64,000 bases of DNA from Kudoa neothunni. Its lineage: Eukaryota > Animalia > Cnidaria. A program made the position numbers and the translations under genes. The notes below the pieces were generated by a model. It saw only the letters and a list, made by a program, of their open reading frames with translations. It was not told the origin of the DNA and made no database searches. This document shows positions 38,259 to 50,800 of this stretch, one piece after another. The DNA lies in the NCBI GenBank assembly GCA_964304625.1, contig OZ199840.1, positions 5,693,200-5,757,199 of the forward strand, read 5' to 3'. Every line of letters begins with the position of its first letter. The first letter of the stretch is position 1.

Positions 38259-40950
38259 TTAGGAGGAAGGGCTATTGATAGGATGTTGTGGAACGGGAAA
38301 AATAAGATAATCTTCAGGTTTATTGAATTTTTTTGGCCCGAGTATATTTTCAACGTCTTTGTTTTGAATAGTTTCACGTTGTTCGAGTATTTTGGCGATC
38401 TAAGCTAGTTTTAAAAATCTCATTCAACAATAACCATTACCTTTAAAAGGCTGGCTTGATTGTTTTGAACCAAAGTTTTGGCATCATTATAAGCTTTAGA
38501 GAGGAGAGCGCACACTTTTTGATCAACAATATCGCCAATTTTTTGACCAAACATACGCTTCTCACCAAAAAACCCAATCGAATGATCTGTCAATGAGTAG
38601 AAGGATAGATTCTTATAATCGTTATCCATACCGAAAACAGCAATCTTAATCACACGTTTGTGGATCAACAAACAACAGAATAAAGGCAGTTACTATTTGA
38701 TAGGCTAGTTTGGTGGCTTTTTCGATATCATCTCTGGCAGACGTTGTGATTTCGTTTAGAATACTATCTTCAGCAGCTCTTCCGCCGAAAAGCAACACCA
38801 ACTGATCGTACAACTAAACAGAAACGAAGTAAGGACTAAAGTAAGATAGTTAGGAGACTCACCTGCTGTTGTGACATGAAATTAATTTCATTTGGATCAT
38901 ATTGAGCAAATCCTAACGCCGAACCTCTAGGAACAATAGTGACCTTGGTGAGTGGACTAATAGTTGAAAGATTCCATCCAACAACAGCATGTCCGGCTTC
39001 ATGAACAGCAACCACATGTCGATCTGAGTGAGACAGTGGTTTTCCAGTTTTGGCTCCAATTCGAATACGATCGGCAGCTTTATCAAAATGAGTGAGATCC
39101 ACGTAGGTAGCTTTCTCTCTGGTGGCTATGATGGCAGCTTCATTGCAGATGTTGGCAATGGAAGCGCCGGTGTATCCGGGATTGTTGAGTGCCAAGGTTG
39201 TTGCCATTTGGTCGACAGAAAGCGAGGGATTGATATTTAAAGGTTTCATGTAGTATTTGAATAATTCCCGTCGACCATCAACATCGGGAGGGCCAACAAA
39301 AATATGTCTATCAAATCTACCAGGACGTAGAATAGCTTTATCAAGATAGTCGAATTTGTTGGTTCCAGCAATGACAATAACATTTTTGTTGTCGCCAAAT
39401 CCATCCATTTCGGAGAGAAGTTGGTTGAGGGTTGATTCTTTTTCGCTAAAGCTGTAATTGCTAACACTTCGATCTGTGGCTACAGCATCAATTTCATCGA
39501 TAAATATGATTGCTGGTTTATTTTTTCGAGCGGTCTCAAAAAGACTTCTCACTCTCGCGGCACCAACACCAACAAACATCTGTACAAAATCCGAACCGGA
39601 ACAGGCGAAAAACTTGGTATCGCATTCCGAAGCCAAAGCTTTGGCCAGCATTGTTTTGCCGGTTCCCGGTGGTCCGTGCAGAATAGCACCCTAACAACAA
39701 TTACATTAACCACACAATAACTTCAATTGTTACGGTTGGTATTCGGGCATTCAACTTTTCAAACTTTTCGGGACTTTTCATGTAGGAAACAAATTCTTTG
39801 ATTTCCATTTTAGCTTCAGCACATCCAATAACATCCTCAAACTTGACACTGAAGTTTTTGACCATATGCTCCTCTCCAAACTTTTCATTCATAGCTTCAT
39901 TCAACTACTCATCAAACGTTAATATCTCCTTAGAGACAACGAATCACAGAATTTAGTTACATTGTTGCCAACTTTTGCATCTCCACCTGGACCTCCCATT
40001 GGTTTCATCGAAGGTGTAAGCGAAAACGATTTACCCACTATTGTAATCATGTAAATCAGCGGGATAAACGTAAATGCCCAATAATCTTCAAAAGGTAACG
40101 GTCTAAATGACCAAAAATATTTTTCATTGTTAGAATGAGGTAACATTATCTACCTATAGATAATATCCAATTGCTCATAGAGTAGATTGGTTTGTTTCAT
40201 CACGAAATCCAAAAATTCTGAAACATAATCACCAGAAGGGAACTGAAGAAAGTTGTACTGATTGGGCAAATTAAATCCAAATGAACTGGTTGTATCAGCT
40301 GGACTCATTCCCATTCTGTTTCCATCGAATCCAATTGATGTTGATGATTGATGGACACTTTCAGAAGGTGACACCAATACACCATTTTTTGGATACACTG
40401 TAAGCGCAGTACCAACACTACTACGTGATATAGTCTCAATAAATTTATGCCATTCCAAACGGCTGATATTTCCGTAAACTTTTGAAGAGGGGTCATAGTT
40501 GAATGTGAGCATTGTGGCCACACCCACTGCGAAACAATAAACCGGAAATGATGTTACCACTCTTGGGATGTTATTTAAAGATGGGGGTAATTTTCTGCGA
40601 ATTTTATTAAAATCCTTTAGTTTCTTATCGTAGGAATTAGGATCGTGATCTTTTGTGTTGCTGAACGTGGTGCTCTTATTCAACTCTTTGTCTATGGAAT
40701 CTGGATTAGATTTGACTATTAATAGAGCGGCTGTTTGAAATTTTTCAAATAAAATTCTGATCTTCCGCGCATATTTCTCTTGGCTTTGGAGCTATTATAT
40801 GGTTAAGTAGAATCGGGTACATTTAACGCATACCATCATATTATTTACAGCACTGATAAACTGATTGCAATGATAGTTCCTACTAAATCTGTTCTTCAAT
40901 TGAACTGATGCATAACTATGACGATGTTTAGATAATATCCCACCGACCAT
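38259..40950 (-). CDS. Mitochondrial m-AAA metalloprotease subunit (AFG3L2/paraplegin-like FtsH), 786 aa
   Basis: Eight exons (40950-40834, 40791-40154, 40102-39961, 39904-39734, 39690-38863, 38813-38694, 38644-38441, 38399-38259) with introns of 41-56 nt. Basic presequence, two TMs, Walker A GPPGTGKT, Walker [26 protein letters not shown], and third zinc ligand in TSARDD. Confidence 0.95.
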
Positions 40951-41789
40951 CACTTCATAAAATGTTTGCGCACTGCTTTGAGTTGAGTTGATTTGAAACT
41001 CCTAGTCAATGTTGACAACAAACTATACGATTTTTCCGATTGTAAATTCTTACGAGGTTATATTCTAATTATATTTAATTTGGCTTTATTTTAAAGGCTG
41101 AAAGCAGGATAATGTTGGATACCTTCACATAACCCAATCAATCATCGGGCATTATCAACATCATAAATAATGAGTTTATTTTTTAAATATAATCAAATTT
41201 ATTCAGGTTGATGATTCCAATTTCAGTAATTATCGCTATTTAATTTAGAGTATAAATGGTGGAGTATTTTTTCAAATTTTAATTTGCATTGTCATTCTCT
41301 TACTCTTTCTATGTGAGCAAAAGAAGTGGTAATCTTAACTTGATTAATCGAGCCACTGTAGCAATAATGACATTTTATCGCTTAATTTTACATTTTAATT
41401 AAAATTTAAACTAAAATAAGATCCATGTTAGCCAAAATAATTCAAAACTTGCTGGCTGCGCAGGATTACTTTGCGCATAATTCATGTCATAATAATTAGT
41501 GCCCTTGTCAACTATTTCACTGTTATGCAATCGATATGCCCATATCAGATTTTCATTAGAACAATTCATTCTTTAAAATTATAGATATATTTCAAAACGT
41601 GTTTAGCCGAATAGAATATACCGTGAAATTAGATAATTGTGTAGCATGCAGTTTCTCAATTTTTTGAATATTTTGAGGTATTTATTTTCTAACAGTGAAA
41701 ACTTGGATGAATATGCTCTTTTTTCCTGGTTAATGCAAAAATTTGTCTAAAAGTTAAGAACAATTTTTTGATTAATCTAGAATACAATA

Positions 41790-42750
41790 AATCAACTCTC
41801 GGTATGCGTTACTCAGTATTGCGTGATGCTTAATATTTTAGCATATTTTTTTATAATTTTACGTAAGTTTTAAAAATGGGGAATTAATGTTATTGCTACT
41901 GCGTAACTCAAATTGTTCATTTTAATCCTTTCCATCTTCAAAATATTATACAATAAGTAACGAAAATAACTCGTTCTCAGAGAAGTATTGAGGATAAAAC
42001 AAAATAATCAAATATCATAATGAAATGAATAGTGGTGAGCGGGGTTGGAATCTTCGGACCATAACTCAAAGGGCCGAGGACAGATAGCACATCGGTGTGA
42101 CACTCGGACTCAGAACCTTGAGGTAATGGGTTCGAATCCGCCGGTAGTCAGACTACTGCTTCCGTGTCGATAGGTCTCTATCCCATATTTGGGAGCTGTG
42201 GTTAAATTGTATGCTCACTATGGAGTGGGATGAGTGTGAATAGGAGCTTGAATCCCCGGAACCTACCGAAAGACAAGTAATTTTCAGCCCTCACAGAGAC
42301 AACGTCCTTAAAGGGATAGGGTTTGGGTTGGGGTGGTGGTCGCCCTGAGACGAGGATGTTTAATGGGTTAAAGTCCCACACTACCTCATAAAGATTAAAG
42401 ATTAAAGATAAGGGACAGGGTTTCATGTTACGTCCTGCGGTGCCCAAAACGTTAATGGAAGAGGTCTGACCAACCAGAATTCCACAACCTAATAAGTTGC
42501 GCCATGGACTTTACCTCGAAAAAATAAAAAAAATATAAATAACTCAAACGAGTTGGTGCCATGTGGTTCTGCTGCTGCTGGTGGTTGCACATATGGTAAC
42601 TTTGATCACAGTTCATATGATCAATCATTACATTAAATGATCAAAAAATCAGAAAAACCACATAATTAACAAATATTTTTTAAACTAATTATTCGTACCA
42701 TTTGCGCGCGCGCGGAAGTTGGTGTTACGTAATTTCTTTGTGTTGCGTAA
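41790..42750. repeat. Dispersed repeat (pogo-derived MITE-like), homologous to 49555-50000 and interrupted by the SINE
   Basis: Visible alignment of 41880-42074 and 42545-42660 with 49700-49990. Confidence 0.7.
42078..42538 (+). mobile_element. tRNA-derived SINE (~460 bp)
   Basis: A box TAGCACATCGG (42085-42095), B box GGTTCGAATCC (42129-42139), GC-rich body, gcgccatgga 3' region and A-rich tail. TSD ataactcaaa at 42061-42070 and 42539-42548. Confidence 0.85.
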
Positions 42751-43569
42751 CTTATGGAAACCAACAAAGATTATGAAACATCAGGGGTTGATTATATGAT
42801 AATTAGGTATTGATCGTAGTGTTAACTTATTCGTAGCAGGTGGATCAAAAGATTATGTATCTGTTAACGCTACGAAAATGACCTTTAATTGTATCTCATC
42901 AATAAGGTAACCAAAAGAAATTAACATGGAATAAAAAAATAAAAATCATAGTAGAACAAGGCATAGGTTCCGGGCATGTTAAATTTTAATCCTATATGTA
43001 GGTCGCGCAAGTACCAAAATTTTTGACCATCTAAGTAGCTGGAAAATTTACACTCTTCAAATAAAATTCGGCATTGAATGACAAAATATGAGGAAAATTC
43101 ATCCAGTAAATTTTGAATAAATGGCCAATTATTAAAGTTATATTCTGCGCACGCATGCGCACAGTTTTAGGTTGTTACATTTCTATGGAATATGATTGTA
43201 TTTATAGGTGTATTTCTGCGGTTTTTTAGTTTTAACATTTAATTCAAGTTTTATACCAGCTTCCAATTAATTTATCTTATTTTTAATAACTCAGTGTAAA
43301 ACTGCGCAAAAAAACACAAAACCTGTCAAAATGATGAACTAATATATCATATATTTTTTTAATACACTCTACAATACGAAACTAAGAATATTGATTAACA
43401 TTTTACACATAAGGTTTTAAATGCTCTTTACAACGTAGAAATAAGCAAATGCATGAAAAGTCGGCGTATTTCGAATAACTGGTATAAAAATAACGAGAGA
43501 ATGAGGAGCTATCGTTGTATTCTGGAGAGAACAACACGCTTATATCGATGCTGCGCATGCGGACTGACG

Positions 43570-43855
43570 TCGCGTGTATAGTGTTTCGTTATTTATTCAT
43601 TATTTACTCGATAGATCTTCCTTAAATTTTTAAAAATGGCATTTATCAATATTTTAAATAATTTAATTTGGAAGCTGTTTTTACATTAACTTTTTTGATA
43701 TATGACAAAAAAAATTCAACTCATTTTTCTGAAAGGTTTCATTAAGATAAAAGATTACAAAAAGTGGATAGGAGTTATGTTCCATTTATACATTATAATA
43801 TTGTTGGCAAAATTCACTTGGGGTAGAAATCTAATCCGTTTTATTTAGAAGGTTA
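43570..43855 (+). repeat. Dispersed ~300-bp repeat; second copy at 59480-59846 ends in GGAGGG|TTAA (piggyBac MITE-like)
   Basis: Near-identical blocks gtgtttcgttatttattcattatttactcgataga ... ggggtagaaatcta in both copies. Confidence 0.75.
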
Positions 43856-44839
43856 ATTTCGACAACTATTATTCATAAGCTTTATGCAAGTCTACATTTA
43901 TAGAATATGTTCAGCTATTTCTGGTACACCGCTTCATTCTTAGGGTCAGAAAATAGTTAAATATAGTCAGAGGCTATTTTCAAGGTAAAATTTAATCTCA
44001 ACTACTCTTAATTACAAACTACATCCATATTTTATTTGTATAATCTGCCATATTTAATTTTTTTCTGACCACTAAGAGCGAAGCGACGGATCTGAAATAT
44101 TAAACAGCCAAAACTAATGTCACCTGAATAAAGTTTACCATGCCAATAGTCACTTTCATTTTCAAATTAATAAAAATTGATTGTGTATAGACGTTTGAAC
44201 CCATTATAGTAATATCATTGACGAATGTCTGAGAGCAAAAATGAAGAAAGATTGAAATATCTGTATGAATAATAAAAATATTATGACCTTCATTATCTCG
44301 AAGCAATGTCCACAGTGAGCAATTAGAACAAAAAGTACAGTCAAATTTGCTATTTAATTTAAGTAATTAAGTTTTTATTTATTTTCGGTTATAATTAAAT
44401 CCGTTTTTTCCCGCTTATTGCGCGCAACGATATTTCAAGAAAACTGGAATTTATCCAATTTACACACATTTCTCGCCACACTAAGGAGATTACATAAAAG
44501 TGGCTACCTACTGTAACAATTCGCCGCTATATAAACAATTGTACATTTTTGTTTTAATTTTTTACGAATAATTTATGGTCTAAAGTAAAGTTAACAATAC
44601 AAATATCCATGAAAACCTTTGTTTAAGGCATAACTTGTACACACACTAACATAAAGACATTACGACTTTATTAAACATATAAATACAAAAAATTCGAATA
44701 AGGAGAGAATTTTCCAACCCTACACAGAGATTTGTAGTTGTCTGATTAAAGAGAAAACTCCGCATTTATCAGAATAAAATATAGAAACATTTATAAATAA
44801 ATTTCTTTGAAAAATAAAAAAGTTTAAACTAAATATATA

Positions 44840-47800
44840 TCAGGTTTTCTTGTTGTTCTGCAAAGAGTAGATTTTCCAGGCCTCACTAAGTTCTATGAAG
44901 ATTTCACGAGCTAAATTTTCTTGAGAACTTCCAACAAGCTGGAATGAATTAGTTAAGTAATTTCAAAAGAGTCCACACTCAGAAAAATACTTTATCAGGA
45001 TGAATAATAAGGCAAGCTTTTTTGTAAGCTGATTTGACATCATTATGTTCTTTTAGGTTATAAAGAGAAATGGGGCTCCATCGAGTTTCATTTTCCCACA
45101 GAACCACATGCAAAGTGGATAACAGTTGCCGTATATTTTTTTGTTTACCTTCTGCCCATGATCTAACCTACACAAAATATACATTGCATACGAGAGATGA
45201 TGCGTTATTCGAAGCGATACTCTTTTTTGTATGGGATCCATATTGTCGATCGTCTCTTTTTGTTTTATCATATCATTCAGCGTCACAAAAGAGCGATCAT
45301 TGGTAGGAGCATCTTGAGGTTTATAGTTGAATCCGGTTCCAAGCAAATCTCCAAATACATCGTGAGGTTTTGGGGCAGAAGTTTGCGAGGACTGAGGTCG
45401 AAAGATGCCTTGTGTTGAATGTTGTGAGTTTGTTTGTTTGTGAAAGACATTAGTGGTATTTTTATTCGGTGCTTTGTTGTTTGAAAGTGGGTCTTGATTG
45501 ATATTCGGCGGGAATTCTACATTTACACCATGTTTCGAATATAAATCAGGATGTGAAGATGTCACATTTTGGGATTGAGGGCGTTGATTAACGAACCCGA
45601 TATTAAAAATTCCAGTTTGTGAGTTGGTAAATGCAAAATTTTGGGAGTTTGAATGTTGTGTTTGTGATACAGAGGCGTTGTAACCTTTCATAAGCGATTC
45701 AAGTGGAGTCAAATTTTGTTGATTTTGATTTGGTTGATTCTGCCGTGGCGATGATGGCTTCGAGGTAGTGTGTTGTTGAGATTGAGGCGATGTCTTGAGT
45801 GTTGGTGGAGGCCCGAATATGTTGTTTTCACATAAACTAGAACTATTCGGTCTCATGGAAGAGGGAGAAAATATGTCTTGTGCTGCAGGAACTGAGCTAG
45901 GTTGTGCCGAATTAGGTTTTGAAAACAAATCCAACAAATCAGGCCCAAACTCGTTAGTTTCTTGTTTGGAAGCTTTGCTTCCATATGAGAATTGAGAAAA
46001 TTCATCCAATAAATTGTTGGACGATTTTGTGCGGGAACTCGAAGAAATACTAAATGAACCCATAGTTGACGGTTCAGAATTTGAATGTTGGTGTTTAGAG
46101 GTTGTCATTTCCGTCATACTTCGAGTGTCTCTGTTGTTTTCTCCATCCACCAAATCATCGTTAGCTTGGTGGGATGCATTGATTGCATTTCTATAGTCAA
46201 GAAAAAATAAAATACAGCATTAAAACCAAAAATAAAGAATTAAAAACTCTTCTCCCGCTAAGAGTTAATTAGATGAATAACCGATTCCGAATTTCACACG
46301 TAATAACTACAAAATATTAATTTCTTACAATAACCAGAACAAATATTCCTTCAATTTCGGAATGGAAATAAAATAATTTAAAATATTTAACCATTGAATC
46401 ATCAATCATCAATCATTCAGAAGATGTAAAAGATAATATTTTAATTAAAAATTAGATAATGTATTAATTTCGATCACCATTTAAATGAAGAATAAACTCA
46501 AGCCCCTAAATCGTTATTTACATTATAAGAAGTAGATTATTAACATATGCATTAATAAATTATAGTAAAATGGATTTTAACAGATATCCTAATAAAAATC
46601 AATAACTGGGTCAACGATTCGGTTCTTTAATTCCTGCTGTCTTATACATATCGTCTGATATATTGTGTGATATGCGAGGCAATTACAAATAGAAATAAAA
46701 TATTTTAATTATTTAGTTACGAATCAAAATTGAAACTAAACAAGGTAACAAATAACTCTATTAAAAATAAGAGCACAATTCAAAATTAAACTAAATTCAA
46801 TAATAAATAGGAAAGAATTGAGGAAATTAATTATAACGTTGTTACCCTTAAGATAAAGTGAAACGAACTAATAAAGATTACTAATCTTTAAAATTAATAC
46901 AAATCATTTTGGAGTTTATATTAACTTAGGAAGATTAGAAAATCAGATATTTTGAATAAAAAAGTTAACGCTTAGAATAAAAAAATTTATATTGTGCGAA
47001 TATCACAAGAGTATATCGATAAAATAAAAAAGATAAAAACAAGCGCGTAACCACAAATAATACCACTTTTAATTTAATGTATGTTATATTTATTATATTA
47101 TTCTAAAAAACTGTGTTTATGCTGTGAGGTGGAAATTAACAAATTTACTTAATTTATAATTAGTTAAACATTTAATTCTGGATTAATTGGAGGCTTAAAA
47201 TGTTTGAAAATAAGATTTAATTTACTCTGAAACATCTAATAAATTTAGAGAGAAAATAAATTCTAATTAGAGGAATTTATTACTAAATACAGTACAGAAA
47301 TGAATATATACTTTACTCTAAAATATTCGTATTAGAATGTTTTAACATTTTGAGCCATAGAAATAATGTTAATTGAATAATAATAATTAATTTAAGTGTA
47401 ATAATATGTGATTCATACCATCATTCAAATAAATGCCAAATCAATTTTCATATTAACATGAAAAATGGTTAAATCAAAAAATCATAATTTTCAAATAAAT
47501 TTTCAAAATATTAGGTTTTCCTAAGAGAGGAAAACCACTCAGGAACGAAATAGGTTAATCACCAGCGCATGCAAAAAATGAGAAAATATTGTTACATTGT
47601 TAGGATTTGGGGTTTTGGAGGTAGCTCCCCTTCAATTGGCTCTATAGCCACTGAGAGATCATCCAAACCATTTTCAGACACAGGCGATGGGATACGGCCT
47701 GCTAATGGCTTCTTATTTGTGAACAACATATGGTTGTGGTAGAGTGTGGTGAGAATATTGGTGACACTTAGCTTTTGAAGTGATTTCAAGTTGCAGAATT

Positions 47801-50800
47801 CGGTAAATTCATCAGAATTGGTGGTCCAAAGTTCAACGGTAAAGTCTGAAGGTGAGAAGCTGCTATTTTCGAACATCGGTTTGTTACTTGACGAAGATAC
47901 CGGGAATAGCTCCAATTTAAAATTCCAAGTGGAAATCTCATTTATATGACGATAGTATGATACATCAAGATCAATCCCATTAAAAGTAATGAATTGATTT
48001 TGTTCGTCTACAAAAGAGGTGTGGAAACAAACGCTAAAAATTGGTTTGTGAGTGACGGAGTCGGTGTTATCATTGTTCGAGTTGCTGTGAATAGAAAATT
48101 CGAATCTAACATCTCCGAAAATTGTTGTTCCCAAGTAGAACAGTATTTCGCCGTTGGGAGCGATTTGATAATTGGTACAACAAAAACTTAATACATCAAA
48201 ACAATAGACTTTAAGTTTGATTTTCTGGTCGGCCGTTAGATTCAATTTAAACCCGGGCCATAATGATAGATATGCGTATTTTAGATGGATAGAGCGCACA
48301 CTAGTCACAGTATTGTGCGCTGAGACACATTGTTTGAAATAGTCCAGGTATCTATAAATGTGAAATTAATATAAATGGCTGCGATTTGAAAAATCGAACC
48401 TTTCGACCGAAGCTAAAGGTGGTGGTATAGATCTATGCATGTGTTTCAATTTGATTCGACGTGTTACAATAGACAATGAATCCATAGCAGAATCAGTAAA
48501 TCCCGAAATCATAATTATTCCAGCTATCACCGAAGCTACAGCAAATGAATTAATCTAAAGAAATAAATTCAAATCAATAAACTCAAATCAATAAATAATG
48601 GCAGTAAATGAATAAGCAATCCATTTATTAAAAAGATGACAATTAATTACATGATAAATAAAAATAATTAACAATTTTTATTTTATATAAAAAGATTAAC
48701 AATAAATAAAAAGAGTATGACACTAACACAACGCACTGTCCAAATTAAGAAATATAACTTAGCTTGTTTAACTAATTTTGCACCTTTTACATAAAATAGG
48801 GTTAATTATTCAAAACTTTCAAGTTTTTATGTCAATAATAATAAATATTAAGTGAATGAGTGACTGTATCACAAATAGGCGGAAAATCCCCATGGAACTT
48901 GCTATTGTACAGGCGAATAATATTTCGTAACCAAATACATATAAAATATTGAAAATTTATATATCAAAATAATAACCATGATTATATTTTTTCAGAGTAC
49001 ACAATTGTATATATCATTTACTTTGGACGTAACCAAGAATTATATGAATTTTTAAAGGAAAATGGAAGATTTTACGAGGGGATTAAAGTCCATTTGGGGT
49101 GTAATATATCCAAAGTTAGTTGCAAGGTTTAAAAAGGAGATGGCTATTGGGTTATTGGCATGGTAAATAATATTCAGGTGGCGCTAGTTTTGGCTTTATG
49201 TAATTATTACTGATATTCAAGAATGAAGCGGCAGTCCACAACTACTTAAATATGGTAGATTCAAAAAAAGTAAATCTATAAACAGCTTATTAATAAGAGT
49301 TGCTGAGATTAAAATTTCTAATGCGTAAGTGTACGTGCGGTTCAGGATTAAATTTTATTGTGCCAATGACCCGGCCATTAAAAAATTCACTTTAAGCAAT
49401 CATTCAAAGTTTCTTTGTTAATTTAAATGTTTTAAATAATTATAATTAATCTTTCTAATAATTAACAAAATGTTCCAAATTATTTATACGATATCTAGTC
49501 GAATTTATAAACAATTAAAATCCTAAATTGCGTACGCAAGTCAAACTATATTCATAAAATAAACTCTCGGTATTGCCTGATTCGGTTTATTTTAACATAT
49601 TTATTGACAATTTTATTTTTATAAGGAACATTTAAATATTATATGAAGTCGGAAACTTATTCTTCATGATTAAATTTTATATAAGTAACAAAAAGAATGG
49701 AAAAATTGATTTTCTTGCTATTGTGTAACTAAAGTTGTTGATCTTAATCACCTTATTCTTCAAAATGCTTTATAATAAAGACCTTAAACGACTCGTTTCC
49801 AGATAAGTATTGTAGCCAACATCAAAATAATCAAACATGTAATGTAATGAATAATGGTAGGTAAAGTTGGAACCCTCGGACCATAACTGAAAGGCGATGA
49901 TGCCATACCGCTCTACTGCTGATTGCGCGTAATTTAACTTTGGCTATAATCCCAATAAACAATCATTACACCAAATAATCAAATAATCAAAGAACGGAGA
50001 AAGTCACAAAATTATCGAATATTATATTTTTAAATTATTGCCCGGACTCGGGGTTTTTTAATTTTTTACAAAATCTTGGGTTTTTATTGAAAACCTGTTA
50101 ACATTAAATAATAACAGTTCATTTTATGTGCGGCATTAATGTTAATATTTTTAATGACGTATTCTATTCAGATTATCTCATGCAGTAGCGCTTCCCAACT
50201 AACATTAGACTCGCGCTCCCGTTTGATGACAAAACGAAGTTCGCACCCCCTTTCATAAGATAAGGTGTAACCAACTCAAAACTTATTTCTACGGTGGTCG
50301 AATCTCGCACCCCAAGCCCATAATTTACCTCCCTTGGGGTGCGGAAACCCCCTGGAGGGAACCACGATCATGCCATGCAAGGTTTAACACTTACGATTTG
50401 AATGACAACACATTTGATTGTTTAATATTACACCATTACATAATTACTCAATAAACATTGTCGCACATTCTTAGAAAATTGAAACATTATTTCAAAATAA
50501 ATCTTGAACTATGAAATAATTAATTGTGAGTACATTGATCTATACTAGACATTTGGTATGAGTGAGTGTTCGCGCCTAAAAATTATAATAATACGACGAT
50601 AAATCTAAATTAATGTCTGAAGACGTAATTATAGAGTCTAAAGCTGATTAAAAACTTTGATAGATACGATTCTATTTTTTGTTTTTCGTTTAACTAGCGT
50701 TTTATCTCGACCTTGGGTTTTTTAAAACCTCCTGGTAACTCTGATTATTGCATTGTTGGCGTAAGCGCTCATGCCGGCATTGCGTAATTTTTTGGTACCA

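Noticed and set aside
41009-41340. Small spliced gene divergent from the m-AAA gene
   Set aside because: A 40-nt GT-AG segment is present, but all frames close within about 27 codons.
42078-42150. Functional tRNA-Leu(CAG)
   Set aside because: Acceptor and anticodon stems pair poorly, and the sequence continues into a SINE body with A-tail and TSD.
50617-50645. Penelope-type minimal hammerhead (ctgaagac...gtctaaa)
   Set aside because: The core GAAA is mutated and no supporting stems or Penelope ORF are visible.
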